Assembly: GCF_001194135.2 (NCBI RefSeq)
Contig: NC_068991.1
Location: 26,777,647 to 26,841,646 of the forward strand
DNA length: 64,000 nucleotides
Reading direction: 5' to 3'
DNA from: Octopus bimaculoides
Taxonomy: Eukaryota
Shown in pieces: positions 25,349-36,178 of this stretch. Made by a program: the position numbers and the translations under genes. The notes beneath the pieces are model-generated. The model searched no databases, was not told where the DNA came from, and worked only from the letters and a program-made list of their open reading frames with translations. The first letter of the stretch is position 1. The number at the start of each line of letters is the position of its first letter.

Positions 25349-25705
25349 TAGGTGCAGGGATGGTTGTGTGGTAAGAAGCTCACTTCACAACCACATGGTT
25401 CCGTGTCCAGTCCCCCTGCATGGCATCTTGAGCGAGTGGCTTCTCCTATAGCCATGGGTTGACCAAAGTCTTGCCGTATGGATTTGGTAGACGGAAACTG
25501 AAAAAAGGTCTATCATATACAAATGTGTGTGTGTGTGTGTGTGTGTTTCCCGACAAACAAACGCTTGACGACCGGTGTCGGTGTGTTTACGATAGAATAT
25601 ACGATAGAATAAGTACTAGGTGTAAGAAAAAAACTCCTGAGATCGATGTGTTCCGCTAAAGCCCTTCAAAGCGGTACCCCGATCGGCCGCAGTCAGATGA
25701 AAAAG
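25349..25705 (+). mobile_element. tRNA-derived SINE (family A), near full length
   Basis: GGTGCAGGGATGGTTGTGTGGTAAGAAG...GGATTTGGTAGACGGAAACTG...(TG)n...GGCCGCAGTC. Confidence 0.88.
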
Positions 25706-25964
25706 AATCGGAACCGGGAATAATTCTTCCAGCAAATAAAAGACAATTAAATCAGTACCAAGGATTCTCCACAGCAGTGGGCTATAGGGGTACAAAAATT
25801 AGATGCACATAGGATTTAATGTACTTTAACAGACGATGGGCTTTAATTTAGGCGATATTGGCCGATGTTCCAAGTTTATGCCTATATGTGTGTGAGAGAG
25901 GGAGAGAGCAAGGAAACGAAAGCATTGAGAGTCTGCGTGTTCGTTATATATGATATATATTTGT

Positions 25965-26376
25965 ATATATTCTTTTATTCTTTTACTTGCTTCAGTTATT
26001 TGACTGCGGCTATGCTGGAGCATCGCATAGAGGGTTTTAATCGAACAAATTGGCGACAGGACTTACTTTTTAAGCCTAGTATTTATTCTATCGGTTTCTT
26101 TTACTCAACTGCTATATTACGAGGATATAAACGCACTAACACCAGCTGTCAAGCGGTAGTGGGGAACAAAGAGATAGAATGGTACATACGCATAGATATA
26201 TACATATATATATATACGAGTGGTTTCTTTCAGTTTTCGTCTACCAAATCCACTTACCAGGCTTTGGTCGGCCCAAGGTTATAATAGAAGACACTTGCCC
26301 AAGGTACCACGCAGTGGGACTGAATGAGGAACCATGTGGTTGGGAAGAAAGCTTCTTACCACACAGCGGTAGGCAC
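25965..26376 (-). mobile_element. tRNA-derived SINE (family A), full length
   Basis: Head at 26376-26220 and tail at 26160-25965 ending in TAAAAGA repeats. Confidence 0.9.
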
Positions 26377-26401
26377 AAATATATAAGTTATAGAGCAGAT
26401 A

Positions 26402-26795
26402 AAGATAATTATGACCGGTGTATGGGGTTACCAGGGTCTCATGTCCATAAAGCGCTTGGTTTTACAGCGTTTCTCAGACCCTAATGGCCGGTAATCTATA
26501 ACCTCTCTTCAGATTGGCGGGAGAAAAGATCTCGTTAGGTGTTGAGCGCAAGGGATTGTGTCCCTTGGGCTGCTACCCGTAGTCGATTCTGTTGGCTTTT
26601 GAGTCCCAGGACTTCAGTAGAAAGCTCCTGAATTGTAAGCAGAGAGACAATCCCATGCATTTAACAACTAACGTGGTTTTTTCACCTCCCACTTTGAAGA
26701 CAGGTTATAGGACACCGTCCAAGAAACGCTGTAAAGCCAAGCGCTTTACGGACCTGAAACCTTGTGTAACCCAATAGACCGGCAATAACTATCTG
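26402..26795. mobile_element. MITE with long imperfect TIRs and TA TSD
   Basis: Left GATAATTATGACCGGTGTATGGGGTTAC...AAAGCGCTTGGTTTTACAGCGTTTCT matches the reverse complement of 26720-26795 over about 70 bp; TA at 26400-26401 and 26796-26797; non-coding interior. Confidence 0.85.
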
Positions 26796-27514
26796 TATAT
26801 TATATGTCCTTTCTATGTGTATGAGTGTAATTTTGTTAGGCTGCAATTTATAACGCCGACACCGTAGAGAGTAAACACATGTATAGGTGTTGAATCCCTC
26901 TTTGATGTGCAATGATATATGTTAGCCTGGGTCGTGAAAGATTTCTTTACTGTTTGGCTCGATACGATCAGAATGTCTTCAAAATACGTGATTTACTCCC
27001 TTTCATGTGCCATTGTATCTCAGCAAAATCTACGGATATAAGCTGATGGCCAGCCGGTTTTAATTGCTGCACTGCAGTTTATATATTACTAATCACGCAC
27101 TTACACACGTGTACGCATTTTCGCCTTCAAGAGGATATCTTGTTCAGCTGATCAGAACTAAAGCGATTTGTAACTGTGAAGTAAAATTACTAATATCAGG
27201 AATCAACGTCCTTGCCCAGCCCAACAAATATATTAAATGTGAAATTGTCCATTAATCTATAGTGTTTACAAAAGATACAAGGAGACAGATTTCTTAGTAA
27301 GGAAGCTAAATCGACTGAAGTAGATTTTTTCTCCTCTAATATTAATCAATATAATATTACATTCTTCTGTAGATCATTGAAATATTATTTGTGGAAGAGA
27401 GAGACAAGATGTCTAATTAATTAGAAACAAAATATGCGCTTTCCTCCAATTTATATTGATTTACCTTACTATCTCTTTCTGACTTCCATTTTATTCTTAT
27501 ATATCTTTCCCTCT

Positions 27515-27560
<46 letters not shown>

Positions 27561-28105
27561 NNNNNNNNNNNNNNNNNNNNNNNNNNNNNNNNNNNNNNNN
27601 NNNNNNNNNNNNNNNNNNNNNNNNNNNNNNNNNNNNNNNNNNNNNNNNNNNNNNNNNNNNNNNNNNNNNNNNNNNNNNNNNNNNNNNNNNNNNNNNNNNN
27701 NNNNNNNNNNNNNNNNNNNNNNNNNNNNNNNNNNNNNNNNNNNNNNNNNNNNNNNNNNNNNNNNNNNNNNNNNNNNNNNNNNNNNNNNNNNNNNNNNNNN
27801 NNNNNNNNNNNNNNNNNNNNNNNNNNNNNNNNNNNNNNNNNNNNNNNNNNNNNNNNNNNNNNNNNNNNNNNNNNNNNNNNNNNNNNNNNNNNNNNNNNNN
27901 NNNNNNNNNNNNNNNNNNNNNNNNNNNNNNNNNNNNNNNNNNNNNNNNNNNNNNNNNNNNNNNNNNNNNNNNNNNNNNNNNNNNNNNNNNNNNNNNNNNN
28001 NNNNNNNNNNNNNNNNNNNNNNNNNNNNNNNNNNNNNNNNNNNNNNNNNNNNNNNNNNNNNNNNNNNNNNNNNNNNNNNNNNNNNNNNNNNNNNNNNNNN
28101 NNNNN

Positions 28106-28144
<39 letters not shown>

Positions 28145-29500
28145 TGTTTATGGTTCTACAATGAAGTAGTAGAACAAAATGAGAGGTGAAAAAAGGAAGG
28201 GAGTCTAGTAATGAAAAAGAGAGGGTTAGGAGAGATAAAAAGACAACGAGTGAGAGACAATGAAGATGAGAGAGCGATTAAGCTAAACATGGTAGGTGAA
28301 ACTTGGTATATCTGAATGATATAAAAGAAACGGTTTTTGAAGAAAATGAAAAAGCAGAATAGTGGGATGTATAATCAAAAGAATATTACTAAAACTTATG
28401 TGACAAATAAATAGATAATATTAATGGCTTCTGTAGGTGTCACCGGACTCGCAAGTACACCGAGTGAGCAGAGGGCCGGGAAGAAGATAGGGGTGTGATC
28501 TGGTTTCAGTGCTACAGAACTGCACTCTAGAATTACATAGACACAAGCATCAGCAACATAGAGGTGTCCGCAGCAATACTTGTGTATTGATATGTGAATT
28601 TTAGATGAGCATGCGCATATATATATATATATATATATANNNNNNNNNNNNNNNNNNNNNNNNNNNNNNNNNNNNNNNNNNNNNNNNNNNNNNNNNNNNN
28701 NNNNNNNNNNNNNNNNNNNNNNNNNNNNNNNNNNNNNNNNNNNNNNNNNNNNNNNNNNNNNNNNNNNNNNNNNNNNNNNNNNNNNNNNNNNNNNNNNNNN
28801 NNNNNNNNNNNNNNNNNNNNNNNNNNNNNNNNNNNNNNNNNNNNNNNNNNNNNNNNNNNNNNNNNNNNNNNNNNNNNNNNNNNNNNNNNNNNNNNNNNNN
28901 NNNNNNNNNNNNNNNNNNNNNNNNNNNNNNNNNNNNNNNNNNNNNNNNNNNNNNNNNNNNNNNNNNNNNNNNNNNNNNNNNNNNNNNNNNNNNNNNNNNN
29001 NNNNNNNNNNNNNNNNNNNNNNNNNNNNNNNNNNNNNNNNNNNNNNNNNNNNNNNNNNNNNNNNNNNNNNNNNNNNNNNNNNNNNNNNNNNNNNNNNNNN
29101 NNNNNNNNNNNNNNNNNNNNNNNNNNNNNNNNNNNNNNNNNNNNNNNNNNNNNNNNNNNNNNNNNNNNNNNNNNNNNNNNNNNNNNNNNNNNNNNNNNNN
29201 NNNNNNNNNNNNNNNNNNNNNNNNNNNNNNNNNNNNNNNNNNNNNNNNNNNNNNNNNNNNNNNNNNNNNNNNNNNNNNNNNNNNNNNNNNNNNNNNNNNN
29301 NNNNNNNNNNNNNNNNNNNNNNNNNNNNNNNNNNNNNNNNNNNNNNNNNNNNNNNNNNNNNNNNNNNNNNNNNNNNNNNNNNNNNNNNNNNNNNNNNNNN
29401 NNNNNNNNNNNNNNNNNNNNNNNNNNNNNNNNNNNNNNNNNTATATATATATATACGTATGTATGTATATATGTATGTATGTATATTTGCAAACGCACGC

Positions 29501-29619
29501 GACGGCATCTTTTATCTACGCTCACCAAATCCACTCACAATGCTTTGGTTGACCCGGAGCTATTTTAGAAGTTAACTACCCAAGTCACCATGCAGCGGTA
29601 CTGAACTTGAAACCATCGC
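29501..29619 (-). mobile_element. SINE family A fragment
   Basis: CCAAATCCACTCACAATGCTTTGGTTGACCCG... Confidence 0.75.
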
Positions 29620-29682
29620 AATATGCTGAGTAATGAAAAGTACACCAGGAAGTGATCTGCCAGACTACCTTTAAGAATAGGA

Positions 29683-29753
29683 ATCCTCGATGAGCGCTGG
29701 GAGGCTAGTAAATAAAAACAAGTGATACTATTGGAACGTGTGAAAACTCGGAT
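29683..29753 (+). ncRNA. degenerate HHR-like motif
   Basis: ATCC-TCGATGA-GCGC...GTGT-GAAA-ACTC-GGAT. Stem I is ATCC/GGAT, stem II uses G-U wobbles, and stem III is partly deleted. Confidence 0.33.
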
Positions 29754-29789
29754 AAACGCGTGTTATTATAAGATATGAGAAACTAAGTA

Positions 29790-30735
29790 AAAGCTAGTGG
29801 AAGAATATGATTTCCAATGGAGAGAGTGGCAGGTAAAAAACAAAATGAGGTACAAGTGGAAAATTGAGGTATATATATTCACAGAAATAGATAATACAGA
29901 GAGAAAGGGGGAATAAATTATAATGAAGGAAGAAAATTGAGAGCTAGTGATAATCATTCTGAAAATGTCAAGAAAAGTAGTTGGGTGCAGGGTAAAGTGG
30001 AAAAATAAACAGAAATGAAGAATGTGGGGTGAGCATAAATTGTGAAGAGGAAAAAAAAGCATGCAAAAAGTTACAATAAAGCAATGAAAGATAATTTGAT
30101 AGATGGTGAGGATAATGAAGAAGAATTGAGAAATGCAGTAGTTTCTCTGAATGAATAAAACATATGAGTAAAGGAAAAAAGTATTTCGAAATCTAGACAT
30201 GGTAGAAAGAAAGAAAAGAAGGCAGGAAGGAAGGAAGAAAGAAAAGAAATAAAGGAGGGAGGAAGAAAAAAAACAATAAAATAAAGAAGGAATAAAAGTG
30301 AGGAGCAAATAGAAAAGGACTTAAATATAGAGAACATTGTAATGTCCAGCAATAAGCAAAAAAATATCAGCTACAAAAAAAGAATCAGAGAAAAAGAACA
30401 TTAGGGAAATGTATTATAAATAATGTATTAATAACTGCGAGTGGAGAGTGAGTGGCAGAGAGAGTAAGGTTTGTGGTTGAATAGGTGAAAGAAAAATCAG
30501 TCAAAGAATAATACAATCACGAGAAGGAAGAAAAAATGTGTCAGACAGATATAGAAAATATTGGCCAGAAAAGGCGAGATGATATATATTGAGAAGTAGG
30601 TGGTAAGAATAAATAATATGACAAAAAAAATATTGATATGGACAAAAGAAAACATAGAAACAGACTTGGAAACCAAATAAGCAAGGAGAGCTAAACAATT
30701 GCTGGTAGACTTGGGATTTGACACATTTGATAAGA
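29790..30735 (+). mobile_element. possible highly decayed RTE-type LINE segment
   Basis: Purine-rich stretch with faint motifs RKVVG...MW and LLVDLGFDTFDK, which resembles the RT motif FVDLEKAFDR. Confidence 0.25.
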
Positions 30736-33700
30736 AAACTGCTTATTTTTGTTTTATTTTGCGCGCGCGTGTGTGTGTGTGTGCGTGGTGCGCACGCACG
30801 CATGCATTCGTCACAACGTATGTATGTGCAAGTGTGATTGTTCCATTATATTTGTCAGTGTGATTATTATATTTCATGTATCCATGTATATATGTCTAAG
30901 CATAGGCGTTTGTGTTTGTGGATTTGTTATTGATGTCTCTCTTTCTTTTATTCTTTCTTTCTTTCTTTCTTTTTCTCTCGCTTTCTCTTTTTCGTTTTCT
31001 TTCGCTCTCTCTCTCTATCTATCTCCCTTCCTCTCTCTCTCATCTCTCTTCCCATTCTCTCTTTCTCCCTGCCCTCTCTCTCTTTCTTTCTTTCTTTCTA
31101 TCTCTATCTGCATGTGGTTGTGTGTTTGTGTAAAGATATAGATTTGCAACTGAAGAAAAATTCACTGATATATTGGTTGTTTAGAACGTATCAGCATGAC
31201 AGATCATAAGAAATACATTAAAAAATGCAGAAGATGAAAAAAAACTGAGAAAGAGTGGAAAAAACAATATTTAAAATAAACAAAATAAACAGATTGAGAT
31301 ATGCGGACGTTACAACTTGAGAATATCTGACAACGTCCCTTCCTCTTTGCAGTAGTACATATAATAATTTTCCTTTATATTGCTTCTCTTAGGAAGCAAT
31401 AGGAAACCCTGGATAGCAAAGTTCCGGAATGCCAGACTTAAGCAGAGTAAAATTAACCCATTCAATGCTAGAATTTTTCAAGAATCGCTTACTTGAACGA
31501 TCTTACCTCAGACCCATTCTCTTCGAATTATACCCACAAAATCCGTTCCAAATGATCCAACAGATAGAGACTGCTTTGTAAGCAGAAGACATGATACTCA
31601 CACCTTCCAAGCACAATGATACAAACACCATTACCATGCATTGACCACCTATATATCTGGTTCTAAAATTGTGTAGTTATATTAGATTTATATCCGTTAT
31701 CAGCAATACAAGACATATTTACGGAACTCCTATTTAGAAAGAAACAACAATAGTCTACAACAGAATGAATGGTCTACAAAAAAAATATTAAATTTATATT
31801 TTTCGATGCTGGCACTGTTAGCTGCAATTAAGTATAAAGAACATAAACAAAACAGGAGAAGAAAATATGTGCGCGGCTACATCAAAAATCGTATATATGC
31901 TATATACAACCGTAACATGTTGAAACAAAAAATATTATACATGAAAGTGCATCTGGATATGCAATGGGCGGAACTTAAAGGTGTAGCGAACCCCATCAGC
32001 ACAACATAGGCAATTCTCGCGTGATCTCTGAGCATAAACAAACATATTGTAAGACCTTCAGCAATGATACTCTCAATAAGCACGGTAACTTTATCCTTGG
32101 ACGCACAGTCGTAATGAAGAATGTAGGGGAAAACTATTGTGTTTACCTTGCATCCACCGTGCTCACATTCTTTCTTGCCACCATGGGAGCTACTGGCTTA
32201 CAAGAATATACTTGGCATTAGAGAGAGTGCATCCTATTCAGTTTATTTCATTGCACGATGCCCCATAAACCACAGCGTGCCCGAATGAGAAATATTTGTT
32301 CCTAGTTTGGAGATGTCAGGCATATCTAGAATGATAGTATCTTTAGTACTATTCATTCGGTCGCATCTCAGCAAACGTATCATTGCTCGACCACAGATCA
32401 TTGCTGTACAACAGAACAACAGCAACAAGTAATAGTAAATTTTATAATAGTTAAATTAAATCAATGTCTAATTACATTTGCTAAGAAATTGGATTGTGGA
32501 GACAAAAGCGCTAAGATTTTGATCACGCCGTCCGTGAAAGTCAATATGTAACAAAATAATGCTAAGAGCATTAAGAAAATCGAGCGAGCTTAAATATTCC
32601 TTTGAAATTAAACCTAGGAAAGTGCAAGTTAATATTAAATTCTTCGTGAGTTGATGCAGTACGATGGAATAGATTAATTTCGCACTAGGTTGTCCGTTGA
32701 AATTTACCAAGTGTATCTTTTTATGGTCTTGTGCAGGGAATGTTGTTGGGTATTTCATCAGTTCACCTGCTAATATTAATGCCGAATGTTAAAACATCAT
32801 TTGCATAAAACCATGGGAGACTTAGCACATGGAATTAGGAGACATTATTTCTTACGTTAGACTAACAAATATATATCCTTTTCAAGCTAATGAGAAACGG
32901 GTAGCTTCGTAGATATGCCAGTAGTCAACCTACTCTTAGTGTATACCGGATATTAATCTTCATATTCACATAATAACTCCTGACAATATTTTAATGCTCC
33001 TTGCATTATATAATATATGGTAACATTTCACTGGGTGTTCCTGACGATTTTCGTACTGATTGTTTTCTAAAATATGTTAATTTCCACACTAACTCAAGCA
33101 TAATATTCTACATTTCATTAGTAATTATCTCATTTTACCACTACATCGGCAAATGTTGTGAAGACTATGTTTTGCTAAGAAGTCGAAATATTTCCGAAAT
33201 ATGTATTGGGTTGTGTCCCGTATTTGTAGTACGTTAAGCATATTAGTTGTTCACTTTTGTTATGTATTGCTCACCATATAATTATTTCTCATATCATTGT
33301 TAATGCTCACTGCATTAAATATTGTAATGGTTACTAATCAAAGTATACTTTCTCCTTGGATCCGTCATTCAAATGAAGTTGACGTGGTGCTATAGAAAAC
33401 AGAACAATACGAATTCAAAACAACACTATAAATGAAAATATATTATTAAAATTAGAAAAGTTGGTAAATACTCGATAAAAAGCAAAAAGATAAAAAAACA
33501 ATAATACGTATGTATTTACACTAGCGAAACTACTGGCAACGACAGTAATGACAGCTACAATTGCAAACAACAAATAATTGAATATAAAACTAAACTTATT
33601 ATATTCACAAGAATTTACCTGGTGAGAGACACACATAATAAGAATAAATGACAGGAGAATTGACGCCTTGTTTACTGCATATTAATTACTGAAAATATCC

Positions 33701-33889
33701 ATTAGAGAGAAAAGCTAATAACATACGAAGAGAGATTTCTAGAGTTTCAATTTACTTCAATAATAATTCGACCAAACTGACATTCTAGCAATAATAAACG
33801 CATTTAAGCTGCTCTTTTACGTAGTGTCAGAAAGTTATAATTTAGATTAAGATAATATATAATTTTATATGTTATCATTCCCGAGATTT

Positions 33890-34101
33890 TTACATACATA
33901 TATACATACATACATACCTACCTACATACATACATACTATATACATACATACATGCAGACATACATACATGCAGACATATATATATATGCATAAAACACA
34001 CATGCCTACATATATATACATGCATACATATATATATATACATGCATACACACAACACATGCATACATACATACATACATACATACATACATACATACAT
34101 A
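33890..34101. repeat. degenerate (TACA)n tract
   Basis: Direct reading. Confidence 0.85.
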
Positions 34102-34996
34102 CAAGGATGTACCGAAAAGTATCCGGAAACGTTCTCAGTGGGACAAGCCTTTTGTAGTTCAAGCTTCCGCCGCTAGAATCTACTTGATGCGACTGCTAGG
34201 TATGGGCCTGCTGACCGGCGTCTTCGAGGTAGGGCATACTGCCACGTGGTGCGTCGTTGTTTTGTAGTGCTTCTCCCTTCTTTGTCAATTTTTTCCGATT
34301 CCCGAAACCAAGGAACAGCTTGCTTCCGTGAAATTTTGTTTTCTGTTGGGGAAAACGGCAGCTGAAACAGTTGTCATACTTCAAACAGTTTACATGGACG
34401 CTGTCACGAGGAAAACAAGTGTACGAGTGGTTTTCACACTTTACAAACGGTCACTTGTCACTTGAAGACCAACCTCGTTCAGGGAAGATGTCGACCTCCC
34501 GAACCAATGAAAACATGAAAATTTATGATCTGATCTTGAAGAACTGTCACTGAACAATTGGCGAACTTGTTGATTACTCATGTGTCCTGGAGCTCCTGCG
34601 AACGAAGTTTGAGCGAGGAATTGCGAATGAAAATAGTTGCAACAAAATTTGTGCCTCGTTTGCTCACAGAAGATCAAAAGCAGTCAAGATTGAATACCTA
34701 TCATGAAAAAGCAGTGGAAAATTGATCCGGACCTCTTTTCAATGGTCAGCACTGGTGACGAAAGCGGGTACTACGGAATTTGCAGATGTGAAAGACGTGT
34801 AGAAAAACACGACGGACGCGTTAATAGGCATCTTTTCTTAAGAGTTCTGTGACTGCTTTGAACAGTGGAAAACGCGTCTGGACCGATACATTTCTTCAAA
34901 TGGAGAATACTTTGAAGACGATATAAATGTAAACATGTAAATCTAAGTGAATAAAATGATATTGTAAAATTCTGATTTCTTTTGGGTACCCCATCA
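34102..34996 (+). mobile_element. mariner (irritans-like) with internal deletion
   Basis: Degenerate TIRs with TA flanks; EQLASVKFCFLLGKTAAET, EDQPRSG, KFVPRLLTEDQK and TGDESGYYG, then a jump to FEQWKTRLDRYISSNGEYFE. D2 and D3 are missing. Confidence 0.85.
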
Positions 34997-35187
34997 TACA
35001 TACTAGAGCAAAAGATATGCTGAATCCCTTAAAGCAACTAGATACAATCTGAAGTGAGGATTATATCACATTTCAATGGTAGACATCACGCATGTGATTA
35101 ATGACTGCCCGAAATGTCATCGATGTTGGTTACTATGTAAATATTATTTACATTTGACGGATATTTGCCCTCATCTTGTTTGCTCTT

Positions 35188-35232
35188 AACACAACATTTT
35201 GACTGATATACCCTCAGGCTTCATCAGGTGTC
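35188..35232 (-). ncRNA. type-I HHR-like motif (CUGAUGA intact, GAAAC>AAAAT)
   Basis: Stem I GACAC/GTGTT and stem II CTGA/TCAG; the changes are consistent with CpG decay. Confidence 0.6.
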
Positions 35233-35287
35233 TTGGGGACATTGCGAACCTGGGTTCTCATTCCTAAGATATTTTTCGATGGTGTTG

Positions 35288-35355
<68 letters not shown>

Positions 35356-35358
<3 letters not shown>

Positions 35359-35606
35359 TAGTTTTATTTTTATAACGTGCTTTCACTTCACTACCGAGCG
35401 CAGCTCTGTGCGCCTTGGGTATGTGCTGTGGTTTGCTGTGGTGCTCTTATGTTTACTGTATTGAAAGTGTTTTGCGTAGAATGTGTGCAGTGCCCAGTAG
35501 TGCAATTTTCTGTATGTTATATATATTTGTAAGTCCTGCTATTTTTGTTATGTATTTGTCTGAATATTTTTTTATTATACCTAAGGCACCTACTATGATA
35601 GGAATT
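35356..35606 (-). mobile_element. Dong/R4-clade LINE 3' end
   Basis: IPIIVGALGIIKKYSDKYITKIAGLTNIYNIQKIALLGTAHILRKTLSIQ* (35606-35453), about 95 nt of UTR, then (AAT)n. The C-terminal signature is typical of R4/Dong proteins. Confidence 0.8.
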
Positions 35607-35748
35607 NNNNNNNNNNNNNNNNNNNNNNNNNNNNNNNNNNNNNNNNNNNNNNNNNNNNNNNNNNNNNNNNNNNNNNNNNNNNNNNNNNNNNNNNNNNNNN
35701 NNNNNNNNNNNNNNNNNNNNNNNNCTAAGATATTTTTCGATGGTGTTG

Positions 35749-35809
<61 letters not shown>

Positions 35810-35906
35810 TCAGGTCACAGCTTGAAATCGAACTTGGAATCTTGGGGCTAGCAGCCCGTGCTCTTCACCACTACGCCATATGCCCGAGTTCGATTCCAAG
35901 CAGTGA

Positions 35907-35910
<4 letters not shown>

Positions 35911-35979
<69 letters not shown>

Positions 35980-36094
35980 AAGAAGAAGAAGAAGAAGAAG
36001 AAGAAGAAGAAGAAGAAGAAGAAGAAGAAGAAGAAGAAGAAGAAGAAGAAGAAGAAGAAGAAGAAGAAGAAGAAGAAGAAAAAGAAGAAGAAGA
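35911..36094. repeat. (AAT)n(AAG)n compound trinucleotide repeat
   Basis: About 13 AAT units followed by about 48 AAG units. Confidence 0.95.
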
Positions 36095-36135
36095 AATACC
36101 TTAGGAATGAGAACCCAGTTTCGAAATTTCCCCAA

Positions 36136-36178
36136 GACACCTAATGAATGCTGAAGGATATAACAGCCGAAATGTGTT
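36136..36178 (+). ncRNA. type-I HHR-like motif (core CTAATGA, GAAAT)
   Basis: GACAC-CTAATGA-A-TGCTG...CAGCC-GAAAT-GTGTT; G5>A change in the core. Confidence 0.55.

Larger units (their letters stand above)
35136..35886 (-). mobile_element. composite SINE-like unit: tRNA head + (AAT)n + HHR-containing tail, interrupted by a Dong 3' end and a gap
   Basis: Head 35886-35811 (A box TGGCGTAGTGG, B box AGTTCGATTTC), (AAT)n, then a tail 35292-35144 containing GACAC-CTGATGA-A-GCCTGA...TCAGTC-AAAAT-GT-T-GTGTT. Confidence 0.75.

Noticed and set aside
29766-30308. 180-aa hydrophobic ORF suggesting a membrane protein
   Set aside because: It is the antisense reading of an A/G-rich low-complexity tract (F/L/S/I bias, few stops by composition).
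32021-32428. YLASTV and TVVM motifs resembling RTE RT
   Set aside because: Too short and degenerate to call.
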